Notes: generated by a model from the sequence alone, not told the origin. Counted from the first letter of the stretch, positions 9,351 through 20,441 are shown. The stretch: DNA of 64,000 bases from Anaerolineales bacterium (GCA_048499755.1 JASNZH010000015.1:6128-70127), one strand, 5' to 3'. Numbers and translations are program-made.

Positions 9351-9378
9351 GTAGGGGCGACCGGCTGGTCGCCCCTAC
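9351..9378. repeat. GTAG-type REP-like palindrome, copy 2
   Basis: gtaggggcgaccggctggtcgcccctac downstream of groEL. It is followed by a T-run on the minus strand, so it may also act as a terminator. Confidence 0.85.
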
Positions 9379-9398
9379 AAATTTGTGGGGTAATCGGT

Positions 9399-11054
9399 TT
9401 AGTAATCCATACCCATGCCGCCAGGAGGCATGGCCGGAGCCTTTTCCTTCTCGGGCATATCGGTGATGAGCACGTCGGTAGTGAGGATCATCGCCGCGAT
9501 GGAGGCAGCGTTCTCGAGCGCGCCGCGCACAACCTTGACCGGGTCGATGACGCCAGCCTTGATCATGTCGGTGTATTCGTCGGTGAGAACGTTGTAACCG
9601 ATGTTCGGGTTCTTCTTCTCAGCAGCGGTGCGGCGGACGGTGTCGATGATGACAGAGCCATCCTGACCAGCGTTGGAAGCCAGCTTGCGGATCGGGGCTT
9701 CGAGCGCCTTCTTGACGATGTTGATACCGACTTTCACTTCTTCGGCTTCGTCTTCCTGAGCCTTGGCGAGTTTGTCGAGCTTGGTCGAGGCGTTGATGAG
9801 GGAGATTTCGCCACCGGGGACGATACCTTCTTCAACCGCAGCGCGCGCGGCGGAGAGAGCATCTTCAACGCGATGTTTCTTTTCCTTCATCTCGGTTTCG
9901 GTCGCAGCACCCACGCGGATGATGGCGACGCCGCCGCTCAACTTGGCGAGACGTTCCTGCAGTTTCTCGCGGTCATAGTCGCTGGTGGACTTGTCGATCT
10001 CGATGCGGATTTCCTTGATGCGTCCTTCGATGTCCGCCTTCTTGCCCTTGCCGCCGACGATGGTGGTGTTTTCCTTGTCGGAAACAACCTTCTCAGCGCG
10101 GCCGAGGTCTTGAATGGTGACGGATTCGAGCTTGCGTCCCATTTCTTCGGTCACAACCTGGCCACCAGTGAGGACAGCAATATCCTGGAGCATAGCCTTG
10201 CGGCGATCACCAAAGCCAGGGGCTTTGACAGCCAACACGTTGAGCATGCCGCGAATCTTGTTGAGGATCAGGGTGGCGAGCGCTTCACCATCGACATCTT
10301 CAGCGACGATGACCAGTTCGCGCTTGCCAAGCTGGACGAGTTTCTCGAGCAAAGGAACGATGTCCTGAGCCGCGGAGATCTTCTTGTCGTAGATCAGCAC
10401 ATACGCATCGCTGATCTGGGCTTCCATGTTCTCAGCGCTGGTGATGAAGTAGGGGGAGAGGTAACCGCGGTCAAACTGCATACCTTCGACGAATTCGGTT
10501 TCGAACTGCATCGTCTTGGATTCTTCGACGGTGATGACGCCGTCTTTACCGACCTTGTCCATCACATCCGCAATGAGCTGACCGACTTCTTCGTCCGCTG
10601 CGGAGTTGGTGGCCACGGAAGCAATTTCTTCCTTGGTGTCAATCTTGACAGAGTTCTTCTTGAGCTCGGTCACAATGGTTTCAGTGGCGAGTTCGATGCC
10701 ACGCTTGAGGAGCATCGGGTTGTAACCGGCTTCGAGCGCCTTCAAACCTTCGTTGACGATGGCGTGAGCCAGAACGGTGGAAGTGGTAGTGCCGTCACCG
10801 GCGATGTCGTTGGTCTTCTGGGCGGCTTCCTTAAGGAGCTGGGCACCCATGTTCTCAAACGGATCTTCGAGTTCGATTTCCTTCGCCACAGAAACACCGT
10901 CGTGGGTGATGGTGGGGGAACCGAACTTGCGATCGACAGCCACATTGCGTCCCTTCGGACCGAGCGTGGCGGAGACTGCATTTGCAACAACGTTCATGCC
11001 GTTCTTAAGCTTACGGCGGGCTTCTTCAGAAAATACGAGTTGTTTTGCTGCCAT
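9399..11054 (-). CDS. groL: chaperonin GroEL
   Basis: [47 protein letters not shown] and a GGM tail. Confidence 0.99.
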   Translation of the reverse strand: MAAKQLVFSEEARRKLKNGMNVVANAVSATLGPKGRNVAVDRKFGSPTITHDGVSVAKEIELEDPFENMGAQLLKEAAQKTNDIAGDGTTTSTVLAHAIVNEGLKALEAGYNPMLLKRGIELATETIVTELKKNSVKIDTKEEIASVATNSAADEEVGQLIADVMDKVGKDGVITVEESKTMQFETEFVEGMQFDRGYLSPYFITSAENMEAQISDAYVLIYDKKISAAQDIVPLLEKLVQLGKRELVIVAEDVDGEALATLILNKIRGMLNVLAVKAPGFGDRRKAMLQDIAVLTGGQVVTEEMGRKLESVTIQDLGRAEKVVSDKENTTIVGGKGKKADIEGRIKEIRIEIDKSTSDYDREKLQERLAKLSGGVAIIRVGAATETEMKEKKHRVEDALSAARAAVEEGIVPGGEISLINASTKLDKLAKAQEDEAEEVKVGINIVKKALEAPIRKLASNAGQDGSVIIDTVRRTAAEKKNPNIGYNVLTDEYTDMIKAGVIDPVKVVRGALENAASIAAMILTTDVLITDMPEKEKAPAMPPGGMGMDY

Positions 11055-11088
11055 AGTTTATTTCCTCTTTCTTTGTGGAGTTTTTCCC

Positions 11089-11385
11089 TTAGCCAACAAT
11101 ACCAAGAATGTCGCTCTCGCGCAGGATGAGCAGTTTCTTGCCATCCATCTTCACTTCGGTGCCGGAATACTTGGCGAAGAGCACAATATCGCCAGCCTTC
11201 ACATCCATTTCGACGCGTTCGCCTTTGTCATTGCGGTCACCGGGACCCGCCGCCAGGACCTTGCCCTGCTGAGGTTTTTCCTTCGCAGTTTCAGGCAGGA
11301 TGATACCGCTCGCGGTGGTCTCTTCCTGCTCAACAGGCTCCACAAGCACGCGGCTGCCCAACGGTTTGAACGAGATTTTTGCCAT
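11089..11385 (-). CDS. groS: co-chaperonin GroES
   Basis: [42 protein letters not shown]. Confidence 0.99.
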   Translation of the reverse strand: MAKISFKPLGSRVLVEPVEQEETTASGIILPETAKEKPQQGKVLAAGPGDRNDKGERVEMDVKAGDIVLFAKYSGTEVKMDGKKLLILRESDILGIVG

Positions 11386-11431
11386 TTCTTGCCTCCATTA
11401 AGGGATTTTTGATTTTGGGATATTCACAGAA

Positions 11432-11458
11432 TTAGCACTCAAACTAATCGAGTGCTAA
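11432..11458. promoter_or_regulatory. CIRCE element (HrcA operator)
   Basis: TTAGCACTC-aaactaatc-GAGTGCTAA, an exact match to the consensus, upstream of groES. Confidence 0.97.
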
Positions 11459-11463
11459 TGACT

Positions 11464-11492
11464 ATATTACCCACTTAAATTATCAAAGTCAA
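11464..11492 (-). promoter_or_regulatory. sigma70 promoter of groESL
   Basis: Minus strand TTGACT, 17 nt spacer, TAATAT, immediately upstream of the CIRCE. Confidence 0.75.
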
Positions 11493-11531
11493 GGGGAAGT
11501 ATAAAAATTCTTACGAAATTCTGATGACCCT

Positions 11532-11592
11532 CGCCTCCAGTGTGGACCCGTTATCTGATTCTAGGACCAAGCCCAAGTCCACGCTGGAAGCG
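11532..11592. repeat. 16-bp imperfect inverted repeat with a 29-nt loop
   Basis: cgcctccagtgtggac ... gtccacgctggaagcg abutting the TPR gene stop. Confidence 0.55.
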
Positions 11593-13017
11593 CTAGGGAG
11601 TCGGTTCTTCCGTCATCTCAGGTTCAACCGTCGGCGTGCTCAACAATTCCTGAACGCTGATGCCTGTCTCTAAACTTCGGCAAATATTTCGCACCACGGC
11701 AACATCCGCGGCAATGTTTGGGTCTTGGATATATTCCGAATTTTCGATTATCGAGACAATGTCCAAGGCTTCTTCACATTTATTATCCCTTGCTGTACTC
11801 AATGCCGCCAACTCCGAGGCGTAGACGTCATAAAAATAGACTGTGCTTGCATTGAGTTCCAAGCCTTCCACCTCGGCAGGCGTATCGTTGATGCCGCATT
11901 CACCGCGCGCCGGGCAGGACTCCTCCGCTGTACAGCCGCGGACGGCACACTTCAAAGCGAGGATTCCCGTCTCATAGTTACGGTTCTTGTGATACAGCAT
12001 GCCCAGTTCGCCATAGAAGACCGCATTACTCGGCTCGAACTCGATGGTCTTTTGCACGTTGCGGATGGCGATGAAGAACTCACCCATCTGGGAGTAGGTT
12101 CGGGCGATAGAGAGGTATGGTGTGGGGTCTTGCACCCCCAACTGCTGGTTGATGCGCGCCGTCTCTGCGAAGTATTCGAGAGATTTCTCATATAACTGGC
12201 GCTGCACATCTTCGTTGGGACTGTCGAAGGCGAGGCGGCGATACCCGGCACCAGCCCGCAAATAAAGGAACGTTAAGTTTGGGGTGATGTCAATGGCACG
12301 GTCGTAAGATTCAATCGCGAGGGCATACTCACCCAATGACTCCAGCACGTAGGCGTTCACACGATGCACATCCATCAGAGAGGGGTCTTGCTCCAACGCC
12401 TGCGTAATGACCTGTTGCGCCTGAGTCCATTTTTGTTGGTCTACCAATACCTCGGCATAGAAAGCCTGTGCGAGGGTATTGGTGTTATCCAGTTGAATCG
12501 CGCGGACTGCTTCCTGTTCGGCAGTGGTCAGCAAGTCTTGTTGTTCGCGCGCATCCGCCATGTAAGAAGCCTTCCAGTTTAAGGCGAAGGAATAGACGGC
12601 GTGAGCATAGCTGCTATCTGGGTTGACGGCAATGGCTTGCTGTGCTGACTCAATCGCCTCCTCTAGGCGAGCGAGGATATCCGCACGTTTGACAAGCAGT
12701 GCCGTGGAATAAGTCTGCACGCGCGACAGTTGCGCCCAAACCTCGGCGTTGTTTGGGTCCACGCGGGTGGCTTCACGATACGCTTCAATGGCAGACGTTA
12801 ATTCTCCAGCAGTGAAGTGAGCGTCACCTTCCAATGTGTACGATGACGCAAAACGTGTCGGCGTGGCAGTTGGCAGGAATAGCGGTTTGACATCTCCCTG
12901 CTGAACCGAGCGGATCAGCCAGATGCCGCCGAGAATCAGCACGACCAGAAAGAACATTCTGTAAATGCCGGTTTCCTCGCGCCGTCGAAAAAGAGAGCGT
13001 CGCTGGTAGATGTTCAT
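11593..13017 (-). CDS. membrane-anchored TPR protein
   Basis: N-terminal TM helix, PTATPT, repeated A...Y..A...DP.N TPR units, Thr/Pro tail. Confidence 0.85.
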   Translation of the reverse strand: MNIYQRRSLFRRREETGIYRMFFLVVLILGGIWLIRSVQQGDVKPLFLPTATPTRFASSYTLEGDAHFTAGELTSAIEAYREATRVDPNNAEVWAQLSRVQTYSTALLVKRADILARLEEAIESAQQAIAVNPDSSYAHAVYSFALNWKASYMADAREQQDLLTTAEQEAVRAIQLDNTNTLAQAFYAEVLVDQQKWTQAQQVITQALEQDPSLMDVHRVNAYVLESLGEYALAIESYDRAIDITPNLTFLYLRAGAGYRRLAFDSPNEDVQRQLYEKSLEYFAETARINQQLGVQDPTPYLSIARTYSQMGEFFIAIRNVQKTIEFEPSNAVFYGELGMLYHKNRNYETGILALKCAVRGCTAEESCPARGECGINDTPAEVEGLELNASTVYFYDVYASELAALSTARDNKCEEALDIVSIIENSEYIQDPNIAADVAVVRNICRSLETGISVQELLSTPTVEPEMTEEPTP

Positions 13018-14294
13018 GGCGTCGGGGTAGCTTCGGCTGTGGGTTCAGAACCAACTGTCGGCGTGGCTTGAGGCTGGTTCAGGTTTTCCTGACAGCGGGA
13101 AATGATCTCGTTGGCTCGCTCCACAGAGGTCTCATCCGCTGGGATGCGGGAGATGATCAACTGGGCGATTTGCAACGCCTCGCCGCATTGATTGGTGCGG
13201 GAGAGCGCGAATCCATAGGTAAAGTAATATTCCGCCAGGCGCGGGAAGTTTGGTACCAATTCAATTGGTTCGAGTTGGGTACCTTCCTGCGAAAGCCCGC
13301 CCTTGACGACGAACGACAACTCTGTGATGGCTTCGGTCCAATAGGCGTTGTAATACAACATCACGCCGTAATTGCCACGTAGATTGGTGTCGGCGGGGTT
13401 ATCCGTCACCGCCGACTTGGCATATTGCATAGCTTTGCCGTATTCGCCCAAGGTAGCATATGTACGAGACATCAGAAAATCTGGGTTGGGGTCTTCGGGG
13501 TTGAGGGCATTCGCGCGTGTAAAGGACTCAACCGCCTTGTCGTAAATCTGCAACAAGCGATATGTCCGTCCCATGGCGATATGCAAATCCGCGATATTGG
13601 GATTGATGTTGAGCGCTGCCTCATATTCCTGGATAGCTTCGTCGTAGTTGGTAGTCGCCTCAAGGACATACCCGCGTGCGCGATGCGTTTCAAGCAGATC
13701 TGGCGCAAGCGCCTGTGCCACACGCGACTCTTCGATGGCGCGTTCGATGTTATCAAATCCGCCTATGCCGCCATAATATGAATCGATCAGAATCTCGACG
13801 TAATAAGCATGCGCCAATGCATTGTTCGGGTCAAGTTCCAGCGCACGTTTGATGCTCGCCTCGGCTTCGAGATAACTGCCCTGAAAACTCAACGCCCAGG
13901 CGCGGACGGCATGCGCCATCGAATTGCTTGGGTTGAGCAAAAGCGCATCCTCGGCAGAGACTTGGGCTTCCTTATATTTTCCAGCAAAGACCAGCGTCCG
14001 TGCCAACATGATGTGCGTGGCCGCATCATCCGGGCGCGAAACGACCGCCTTCTTATACATCTCCACTGCGGGCAATAACTTACCTTCATTGACCAAAGCC
14101 TCCGCTTCGGCAATAAGCGTCTCCGGCGAAGTCGTCGCCGTCGATGTGGGAACTCCCAACGGCTGAATATCTGCCACTACAAAACGATTAACGTAGGCAG
14201 CCGCCAATACCAACAAACTAAGCAGAATAATGCGGAACCAATTCGGTCGGGTCCGTCGTTTATTCATGCTCCATTTACTTCCTCTTAAATACAT
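13014..14294 (-). CDS. membrane-anchored TPR protein (paralog)
   Basis: TM helix, multiple TPRs (ALELDPNNALAHA, ALNINPNIADLH), PTAEATPTP tail; 4-nt overlap with the next gene. Confidence 0.85.
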   Translation of the reverse strand: MYLRGSKWSMNKRRTRPNWFRIILLSLLVLAAAYVNRFVVADIQPLGVPTSTATTSPETLIAEAEALVNEGKLLPAVEMYKKAVVSRPDDAATHIMLARTLVFAGKYKEAQVSAEDALLLNPSNSMAHAVRAWALSFQGSYLEAEASIKRALELDPNNALAHAYYVEILIDSYYGGIGGFDNIERAIEESRVAQALAPDLLETHRARGYVLEATTNYDEAIQEYEAALNINPNIADLHIAMGRTYRLLQIYDKAVESFTRANALNPEDPNPDFLMSRTYATLGEYGKAMQYAKSAVTDNPADTNLRGNYGVMLYYNAYWTEAITELSFVVKGGLSQEGTQLEPIELVPNFPRLAEYYFTYGFALSRTNQCGEALQIAQLIISRIPADETSVERANEIISRCQENLNQPQATPTVGSEPTAEATPTP

Positions 14295-14408
14295 TCTTCA
14301 CCTTGCGTCTTGTACGATTACGCGCCTTTCATATTACCATCCGCCGGAAAGCACAGTCAAGCAGAGCGTTTAAGTTCTAATTTGCTTCTTATATGCTAAA
14401 ATCGCCTC

Positions 14409-15170
14409 ATGCAATTTGAGGTATTTACCCTCCTGCCGGAAGTTTTTCCAGCGTATCTGGATACAAGTATTATAAAGCGCGCACGTGAGCGGGGATTAAT
14501 CCAAGTCAACATTCACAACATCCGCGAGTACACCCACGACAAACACCACACCACCGACGACATGCCCTACGGCGGCGGCGGCGGGATGGTCATGAAACCG
14601 GAACCCGTTTTCGAGGCGATTGAATCTGTCTTGGGACAAGAAACGCTTCCGACTTCGCCCGAAGCGAAAGCCAACGTCCCCGTAATTTTGCTCACCCCGC
14701 AGGGACGTGTTTTCAATCAACGCATCGCCAAAGAGTTATCCCAGCACAAAAAGATCGCCCTGCTGTGTGGACGGTACGAAGGCATCGACGAACGCATCCG
14801 CGAAAACATAATCACCGATGAAATCTCCATTGGCGATTATGTGCTGACAGGTGGAGAGTTGCCCGCTCTCATCCTGATCGATGCGGTTTCACGTCTCCTG
14901 CCGGAGGTCCTCGGCGACCCCACCGGCGCGGAAGATGATTCGCATGCCATGGGTCTGCTCGAGTATCCGCACTACACCCGTCCGCCCGAGTTTCGCGGCT
15001 GGAAGGTTCCCGAGGTATTGCTCTCTGGCGATCATGGCAAGATCGACAAGTGGCGTCGTCAACAGGCGTTAACACGGACGTTTAAAAAACGACCTGATAT
15101 GCTCGAGAAGGCGGAGTTAACAAAGGAAGATAAGAAGTTTTTGGATGGGTTGAAGAACGAAGAACGATAG
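14409..15170 (+). CDS. trmD: tRNA (guanine-37-N1)-methyltransferase
   Basis: [51 protein letters not shown]. Confidence 0.98.
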   Translation: MQFEVFTLLPEVFPAYLDTSIIKRARERGLIQVNIHNIREYTHDKHHTTDDMPYGGGGGMVMKPEPVFEAIESVLGQETLPTSPEAKANVPVILLTPQGRVFNQRIAKELSQHKKIALLCGRYEGIDERIRENIITDEISIGDYVLTGGELPALILIDAVSRLLPEVLGDPTGAEDDSHAMGLLEYPHYTRPPEFRGWKVPEVLLSGDHGKIDKWRRQQALTRTFKKRPDMLEKAELTKEDKKFLDGLKNEER

Positions 15171-15205
15171 AAATCTGTCATTGCAAATAAGAAGGAGAAG
15201 CATCC

Positions 15206-16483
15206 ATGTCATCGCGATTGAATTACGGCAAGACCTTCCTGCTTGGCTTCGGGTTTTTCGGCGTCAGTATCATTTGGGGCGTGTATAATGCCTTCGTGCC
15301 GATCTTCCTCGCCGATAAATTCGACCTCTCCCCTGCCTTAATCGGCTTCTTTATGACGCTCGATAATATCGCCGCGTTATTGATCCAGCCGCCTGTCGGT
15401 GCCTGGTCAGATCGGCTGCGCTCCCCGCTCGGACGGCGTATTCCTTTCATTCTCATCGGCGCACCGATCTCAGCCGTGGCGTTTGGCTTGATTCCGCTTG
15501 CAGCGATCCTGCCGCTCTTCGTCGCATGTACCAGCACCCTGTTATTGAGTGCGGCGCTGTGGCGTACCCCTGTGGTGGCGCTCATGCCAGATATCACTCC
15601 GTCACAATTTCGCTCGCAAGCGAATGGCATCATCAACTTCATGGGCGGAGTGGGAACCATCGTCGCTTTGCAAACAGGTGGTCTACTTTACAAGATGAGT
15701 CCCAACTTCCCGTTCTGGCTCGGTTCGGGATTGGTCCTCGTCGCTGTGTTGATCGTCTATCTTTTCATTGAAGAGCCTAAAGAATATGAAGAAGCAGAAA
15801 CACAACCGAACATGTGGCAGAGCCTCAAGGAAGTCTTCGGCAATGCAGACAAAAGCGGACTGCGCATTCTTCTGGCAATCTTCTTTTGGTTCCTTGGCTT
15901 CTCTGCAGTGGAAACGTTCTTCACGTTGTATGCCAAAAATCATCTCGGTTTGAACGAAGGCGATGGCGCGACCTTGCTCTCCGTGCTGCCGCTCTTCTTT
16001 GTGTTGTTCGCCATCCCCTCCGGTTTTATCGCTGCCAAGATCGGACGCCGCACCACGATCGCCACCGGATTGATCATTCTCATCCTAATGCTCATCCTAC
16101 TCTACATCACGCCCGCCGAAGCTCTGCTTACAGGCATCGCTCCGCTGCCGCTGGTGGGCATTCCGCTAATGGAAGGCGGCGCACGCATGTTGACGTTGGC
16201 AGGCGTACTGCTCATCCTCGGCGGCATTGGCTGGGCTTTCATTAACATCAACTCCCTGCCCATGATCGTAGACTTGACCAGTGCCGCACGCATTGGCACA
16301 TTCACTGGTTTGTATTATCTGTTCTCCACGTTCTCCGCCATCATTGGTCCGAATGTCAACGGCTGGGCGGTGCAACTCACCGGCGGAAATTACAACATCA
16401 TCATGATCATTGCCCCGGTTTTCATGTTCATCGCCCTCGTGTTGATGCTGGGTGTTAAACGCGGCGAGGCGACAGCAGGATAA
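15206..16483 (+). CDS. MFS transporter (SLC45/GPH sugar-type)
   Basis: About 12 TM helices; QPPVGAWSDR...GRRIPF and RSQANGIINFMG. Confidence 0.88.
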   Translation: MSSRLNYGKTFLLGFGFFGVSIIWGVYNAFVPIFLADKFDLSPALIGFFMTLDNIAALLIQPPVGAWSDRLRSPLGRRIPFILIGAPISAVAFGLIPLAAILPLFVACTSTLLLSAALWRTPVVALMPDITPSQFRSQANGIINFMGGVGTIVALQTGGLLYKMSPNFPFWLGSGLVLVAVLIVYLFIEEPKEYEEAETQPNMWQSLKEVFGNADKSGLRILLAIFFWFLGFSAVETFFTLYAKNHLGLNEGDGATLLSVLPLFFVLFAIPSGFIAAKIGRRTTIATGLIILILMLILLYITPAEALLTGIAPLPLVGIPLMEGGARMLTLAGVLLILGGIGWAFININSLPMIVDLTSAARIGTFTGLYYLFSTFSAIIGPNVNGWAVQLTGGNYNIIMIIAPVFMFIALVLMLGVKRGEATAG

Positions 16484-16491
16484 GAAAAGCA

Positions 16492-17499
16492 TTGCAAATC
16501 AAAAGACTTATCATTCTGACGATGATCGGTTGGGCGCTCACCGCCTGCGGATCATCGTCAGATTGTTTTCGGGAAGAAGTTTTCTGCGCGGCACTCGTGA
16601 CCGACACACAAGGGCTGGACGACCACGGCATCAATCAGGATGCGTGGCTGGGATTGGAAACTGCCAAAGCCAACAATCTGGCAAACCAGGCGGATTTCAT
16701 CGAGTCAGTGGATGCACGCGATTATATGAAGAACATTTCGTACTTTGCTGAACGCGGCTACGACGTGATCTTCACCTCCGGGGTGGCGCTGGAAGATGAA
16801 ACGCATCAAAGCGCGGACCTGTATCCTGATTCTGTTTTCGTGGGTTTGAATCAAACCTTTGAGGAATCGCTCCCCAACCTTGTTTCCGTCACCTTTCCCG
16901 AAGATCAGATGGGCTTCGCCGCGGGTCTACTCGCGGCACGCATTTCCAAGACGGGTATTATCGGCGCAGTGTGTGAGACCTCCGGTATCGATGCGATGTG
17001 GCGCTATTGTGAAGGCTTCCGCGCAGGGGCAAAATACATCCCTGAGTTGCAGATTCAAGTTGTCGTCTTGTATCGTGAGGATGGCGACAGGGAAAAGCTG
17101 TTCATTGACGAAACATGGGGCTACGAGACAGGTCTCTCGCTCGCTGAACGCGGCGTGGATGTGCTCTTTGCCGCCGGCGGTGGGACAGGTCAGGGGGTGT
17201 TGCGGGCGGCTTCGGAGTTGGGAATCTTCTCGATTGGGACGGAACGCAATCAGGCTGCAGAGTTGAGGGAATCCGGCTCGAGCGTTGTCACGTCTTTTTA
17301 TGGGGCTGCCAGCTTCGAGGTCCATGAAGTGATGCGTTTGATCCAGGCGGGAGAGGTTCCGCAGGCACAGGTAGGACGGGTCCAATTCCTGCCGTTGGGG
17401 GTAGTCTTCCCTCAAAATATTGGCGTTGAGGTGGAGACGGCGCTAAAAATGCTCGAAAATGGGGAAATTCTTACAAATGTCACCCAAAAATCACGTTAA
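16492..17499 (+). CDS. BMP-family ABC substrate-binding lipoprotein (divergent copy)
   Basis: Lipobox LTAC, LVTDTQGLDDHGINQ, FPEDQMGFAAG, GVDVLFAAGG; TTG start. Confidence 0.8.
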   Translation: MQIKRLIILTMIGWALTACGSSSDCFREEVFCAALVTDTQGLDDHGINQDAWLGLETAKANNLANQADFIESVDARDYMKNISYFAERGYDVIFTSGVALEDETHQSADLYPDSVFVGLNQTFEESLPNLVSVTFPEDQMGFAAGLLAARISKTGIIGAVCETSGIDAMWRYCEGFRAGAKYIPELQIQVVVLYREDGDREKLFIDETWGYETGLSLAERGVDVLFAAGGGTGQGVLRAASELGIFSIGTERNQAAELRESGSSVVTSFYGAASFEVHEVMRLIQAGEVPQAQVGRVQFLPLGVVFPQNIGVEVETALKMLENGEILTNVTQKSR

Positions 17500-17612
17500 C
17501 ATTGCGAAGGGTTGCACAAAGATTGGAGAAGATTTATACTTGCAATGTCGTAAGGCTATGCTAGAAAGCAAGCCAAATCCCATTCATATCTTCTATGAGG
17601 AGAAGAAAAAAC

Positions 17613-18707
17613 ATGAAGAAGCTTTACTTTGTAATGGCCGCGTTGATCGTCGCGTCGCTGGTCCTTACCGCTTGTGGTGCGGGCAGTTCCACCGGTGGCG
17701 ATGATGTCATCAAAGTGGGTCAGGTGACCGACCTTGGTGGTATCGATGACAAGTCCTTCAATGCCAGCGCCTTTGCGGGTGCCGAGAAGGCCGTTGCCGA
17801 TTTCGGTGTGGAAGCCAAGTACTTGGAATCCACCCAGCAGTCTGACTACAACAAGAACATCCAGCAGTTTGTGGATGAAGACACCGACCTGATCGTGACC
17901 GTCGGCTTCCTGCTTGGTGTCGACACCGCTGTCGCTGCGAAGGCCAACCCCGAAACCTACTTCGCCATCGTCGATTACTCCTACCCTGACTGCTTCGGCA
18001 CCGCTGGTACCGACTACACTGAAGGTCAGACCTGTGGTTCCGCGACTGAGCTGCCGAACGTTCTCGGCCTCACCTTCGCCACGGATCAGGCTGGCTTCCT
18101 CGCTGGATACGCCGCTGCCGCCTCCACCCAGACCGGCAAAGTCGCCACCTTCGGTGGTATCAACATCCCGCCTGTGACCATCTTCATGAAGGGTTTTGAA
18201 GCGGGTGTGAAGTACTACAACGAACAGAACGGCGCGGAAGTAGAAGTCCTCGGCTGGAACACCGCTGCTGCAGATGGTTCCTTCACCGGCAACTTTGACT
18301 CCCTCGATGACGGTCGCTCCTTCGCCGAATCCTTCGTTCAGGAAGGTGCCGACATCATCATGCCTGTGGCTGGACCTGTGGGTCTCGGCTCCGCCGCGTA
18401 CTGCCAGGAAACTGGCTCCTGCCAGATCATCGGTGTTGACACCGACTGGACCGTTTCCTCCCCCGAATACACCGATGTCATCCTCACCAGCGTTATGAAG
18501 AACATCAACATCGCCGTGTATGACTCGATCAAGGCGGTTGTGGATGGATCCTTCGCCGGTGGCGTGTACCTCGGCACCATCGCCAATGGCGGCGTTGGTC
18601 TCGCTGAAGTCGCTGGCGCTTCTGACGACCTCAAGGCTCAACTCGAAGCTGCTCGCGCTGCTTTGGCTGACGGCTCGCTCACCGTCGACGGCGTCCTGGG
18701 TCAGTAA
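17613..18707 (+). CDS. BMP-family nucleoside-binding lipoprotein
   Basis: LTAC, VTDLGGIDDKSFN, QAGFLAGYAAA, GADIIMPVAG, IIGVDTD. Strong codon bias suggests high expression. Confidence 0.92.
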   Translation: MKKLYFVMAALIVASLVLTACGAGSSTGGDDVIKVGQVTDLGGIDDKSFNASAFAGAEKAVADFGVEAKYLESTQQSDYNKNIQQFVDEDTDLIVTVGFLLGVDTAVAAKANPETYFAIVDYSYPDCFGTAGTDYTEGQTCGSATELPNVLGLTFATDQAGFLAGYAAAASTQTGKVATFGGINIPPVTIFMKGFEAGVKYYNEQNGAEVEVLGWNTAAADGSFTGNFDSLDDGRSFAESFVQEGADIIMPVAGPVGLGSAAYCQETGSCQIIGVDTDWTVSSPEYTDVILTSVMKNINIAVYDSIKAVVDGSFAGGVYLGTIANGGVGLAEVAGASDDLKAQLEAARAALADGSLTVDGVLGQ

Positions 18708-18727
18708 TTTCACCCGCATAACGGAAT

Positions 18728-18763
18728 AAAAAAAGCCGGGGGAGGTTCCTCCTCCGGCTTTTT
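18728..18763 (+). terminator. intrinsic terminator after the BMP gene
   Basis: GC-rich hairpin aaaagccggggg...cctccggcttttt followed by a T tail. Confidence 0.7.
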
Positions 18764-18898
18764 CTACCCCTTTTCATTGAACCTTAAAGGTGTTTTCATT
18801 CCGCTGACATTCCAGTTTGCACCCTCTGTTTTGAGCCAGTGCAGAAAAGACCTTTAGGGTTTAATGAACCCAATCAAGCAAACCATGGAGGGCACGCA

Positions 18899-20431
18899 AT
18901 GACCAATGTTCTCGAACTCCGAGGCATTACAAAACGGTTCCCCGGTGTTATTGCAAACGAAAATGTGGATATTACTCTTCGCGAGGGTAAAATCCTCGCC
19001 CTGCTGGGGGAAAACGGCGCAGGCAAAACCACACTGATGAATATTCTATATGGGTTGTACAAACCCGATGAAGGACATATTTCTGTGCGCGGCAAACAGG
19101 TCGAGATCCACGGACCGAACGACGCGATCGCACAGGGCATTGGTATGGTGCATCAACACTTCATGCTGGTTCCGGTGATGACCGTCACAGAAAACGTGAT
19201 GCTCGGCATCGAACCGACCAAAAACGGGCTTTTCCTCGATAAGGAAAAGGTCGCAAAAAGAATCCGTGAAATTTCGGATCAATACGGACTGGAAGTGGAT
19301 CCTCACGCCTATATCAAAGACCTCCCTGTAGGCATCCAACAGCGCGTGGAGATCATCAAAGTCCTTTACCGCCAGGCGGATATCCTCATCCTCGATGAGC
19401 CCACAGCCGTGCTCACCCCGCAGGAAGTGGAAGGTCTCTTCAAGATCATCGACACACTCATCAAATCTGGCAAGTCCATTATTTTCATCACCCATAAATT
19501 GAAGGAAGTGCTGGCCGTCGCCGATGACATCACCGTGCTGCGACTTGGCAAAGTCGTTGGTTCCATCGACCCGAAGGAAGCGACGACAGAAATCCTCGCT
19601 TCGATGATGGTGGGACGTGACGTCAGCCTTGTGGTTGAGAAACAACCTGCCAAGACGGGCGAGCCCGTACTGGTGGTCGAGAATTTGCTTGTGCGCGATG
19701 AACGTCAGCACGTGACCGTGCGCGGCGTTTCGTTTGAAGTTCGCAAAGGTGAAGTACTCGGCGTCGCTGGCGTGCAAGGCAACGGTCAGACCGAATTGGT
19801 CTACGCGTTGACCGGGTTGCTCCCGCTCGAAGATGGCACCATCCGTCTGCTGGGAGAACCCATCCGTCACACCACGCCCCGCGAAATCCTGGAACGAGGC
19901 GTGGCTCACATCCCGGAAGATCGCCAACGCCACGGACTGATCCTCTCCTTCCCCATCCATGACAATATGATGCTCTGTACTTATTATAAGAACCCATTCG
20001 CCAAGGGCATCTCATTGCAGGAAAAATCCATTTTCAGCAATGCCGAAGAACTGGTCAAGCAATATGACGTGCGTACTCCGAACATTTACGTCAATGCAGG
20101 GACGCTCTCCGGCGGCAACCAGCAAAAGGTGATCGTGGCGCGCGAGTTCTCGCGTCCCATCGAGTTGCTGATCGCTTCGCAACCGACCCGTGGGTTGGAT
20201 GTCGGCTCCATTGAGTATATCCACAAACAGATCATCAAAAAACGCGACGAAGGTGCAGGTGTGCTGGTAGTCTCCTCCGAACTGGACGAGATCCTGGCGC
20301 TGTCAGACCGCATCGCCGTAATGTACAAGGGTCAGATCATGGACATTCTCGACGCTGACAAAGCCAGCAAGGAACAGCTTGGTTTGCTGATGGCCGGCGT
20401 TCAACTATCTGACAAACAGAAAATGAAATAG
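18899..20431 (+). CDS. nucleoside/sugar ABC transporter ATP-binding protein (NupA-like, double ABC domain)
   Basis: GENGAGKT, ILDEPTAVL, LSGGNQQK, QPTRGLDVG; GGAGG SD. Confidence 0.95.
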   Translation: MTNVLELRGITKRFPGVIANENVDITLREGKILALLGENGAGKTTLMNILYGLYKPDEGHISVRGKQVEIHGPNDAIAQGIGMVHQHFMLVPVMTVTENVMLGIEPTKNGLFLDKEKVAKRIREISDQYGLEVDPHAYIKDLPVGIQQRVEIIKVLYRQADILILDEPTAVLTPQEVEGLFKIIDTLIKSGKSIIFITHKLKEVLAVADDITVLRLGKVVGSIDPKEATTEILASMMVGRDVSLVVEKQPAKTGEPVLVVENLLVRDERQHVTVRGVSFEVRKGEVLGVAGVQGNGQTELVYALTGLLPLEDGTIRLLGEPIRHTTPREILERGVAHIPEDRQRHGLILSFPIHDNMMLCTYYKNPFAKGISLQEKSIFSNAEELVKQYDVRTPNIYVNAGTLSGGNQQKVIVAREFSRPIELLIASQPTRGLDVGSIEYIHKQIIKKRDEGAGVLVVSSELDEILALSDRIAVMYKGQIMDILDADKASKEQLGLLMAGVQLSDKQKMK

Positions 20432-20441
20432 GAGCAGATCT

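Noticed and set aside
2000-9378. CRISPR repeats (28-bp palindromes)
   Set aside because: The copies are kilobases apart with no spacer array and no cas genes.
9873-11129. 418-aa plus-strand ORF antisense to groEL
   Set aside because: It is a shadow ORF caused by strong codon bias in groEL; no motifs and no RBS.
17556-18719. 387-aa ORF antisense to the BMP gene
   Set aside because: Same antisense artefact of a highly biased gene.
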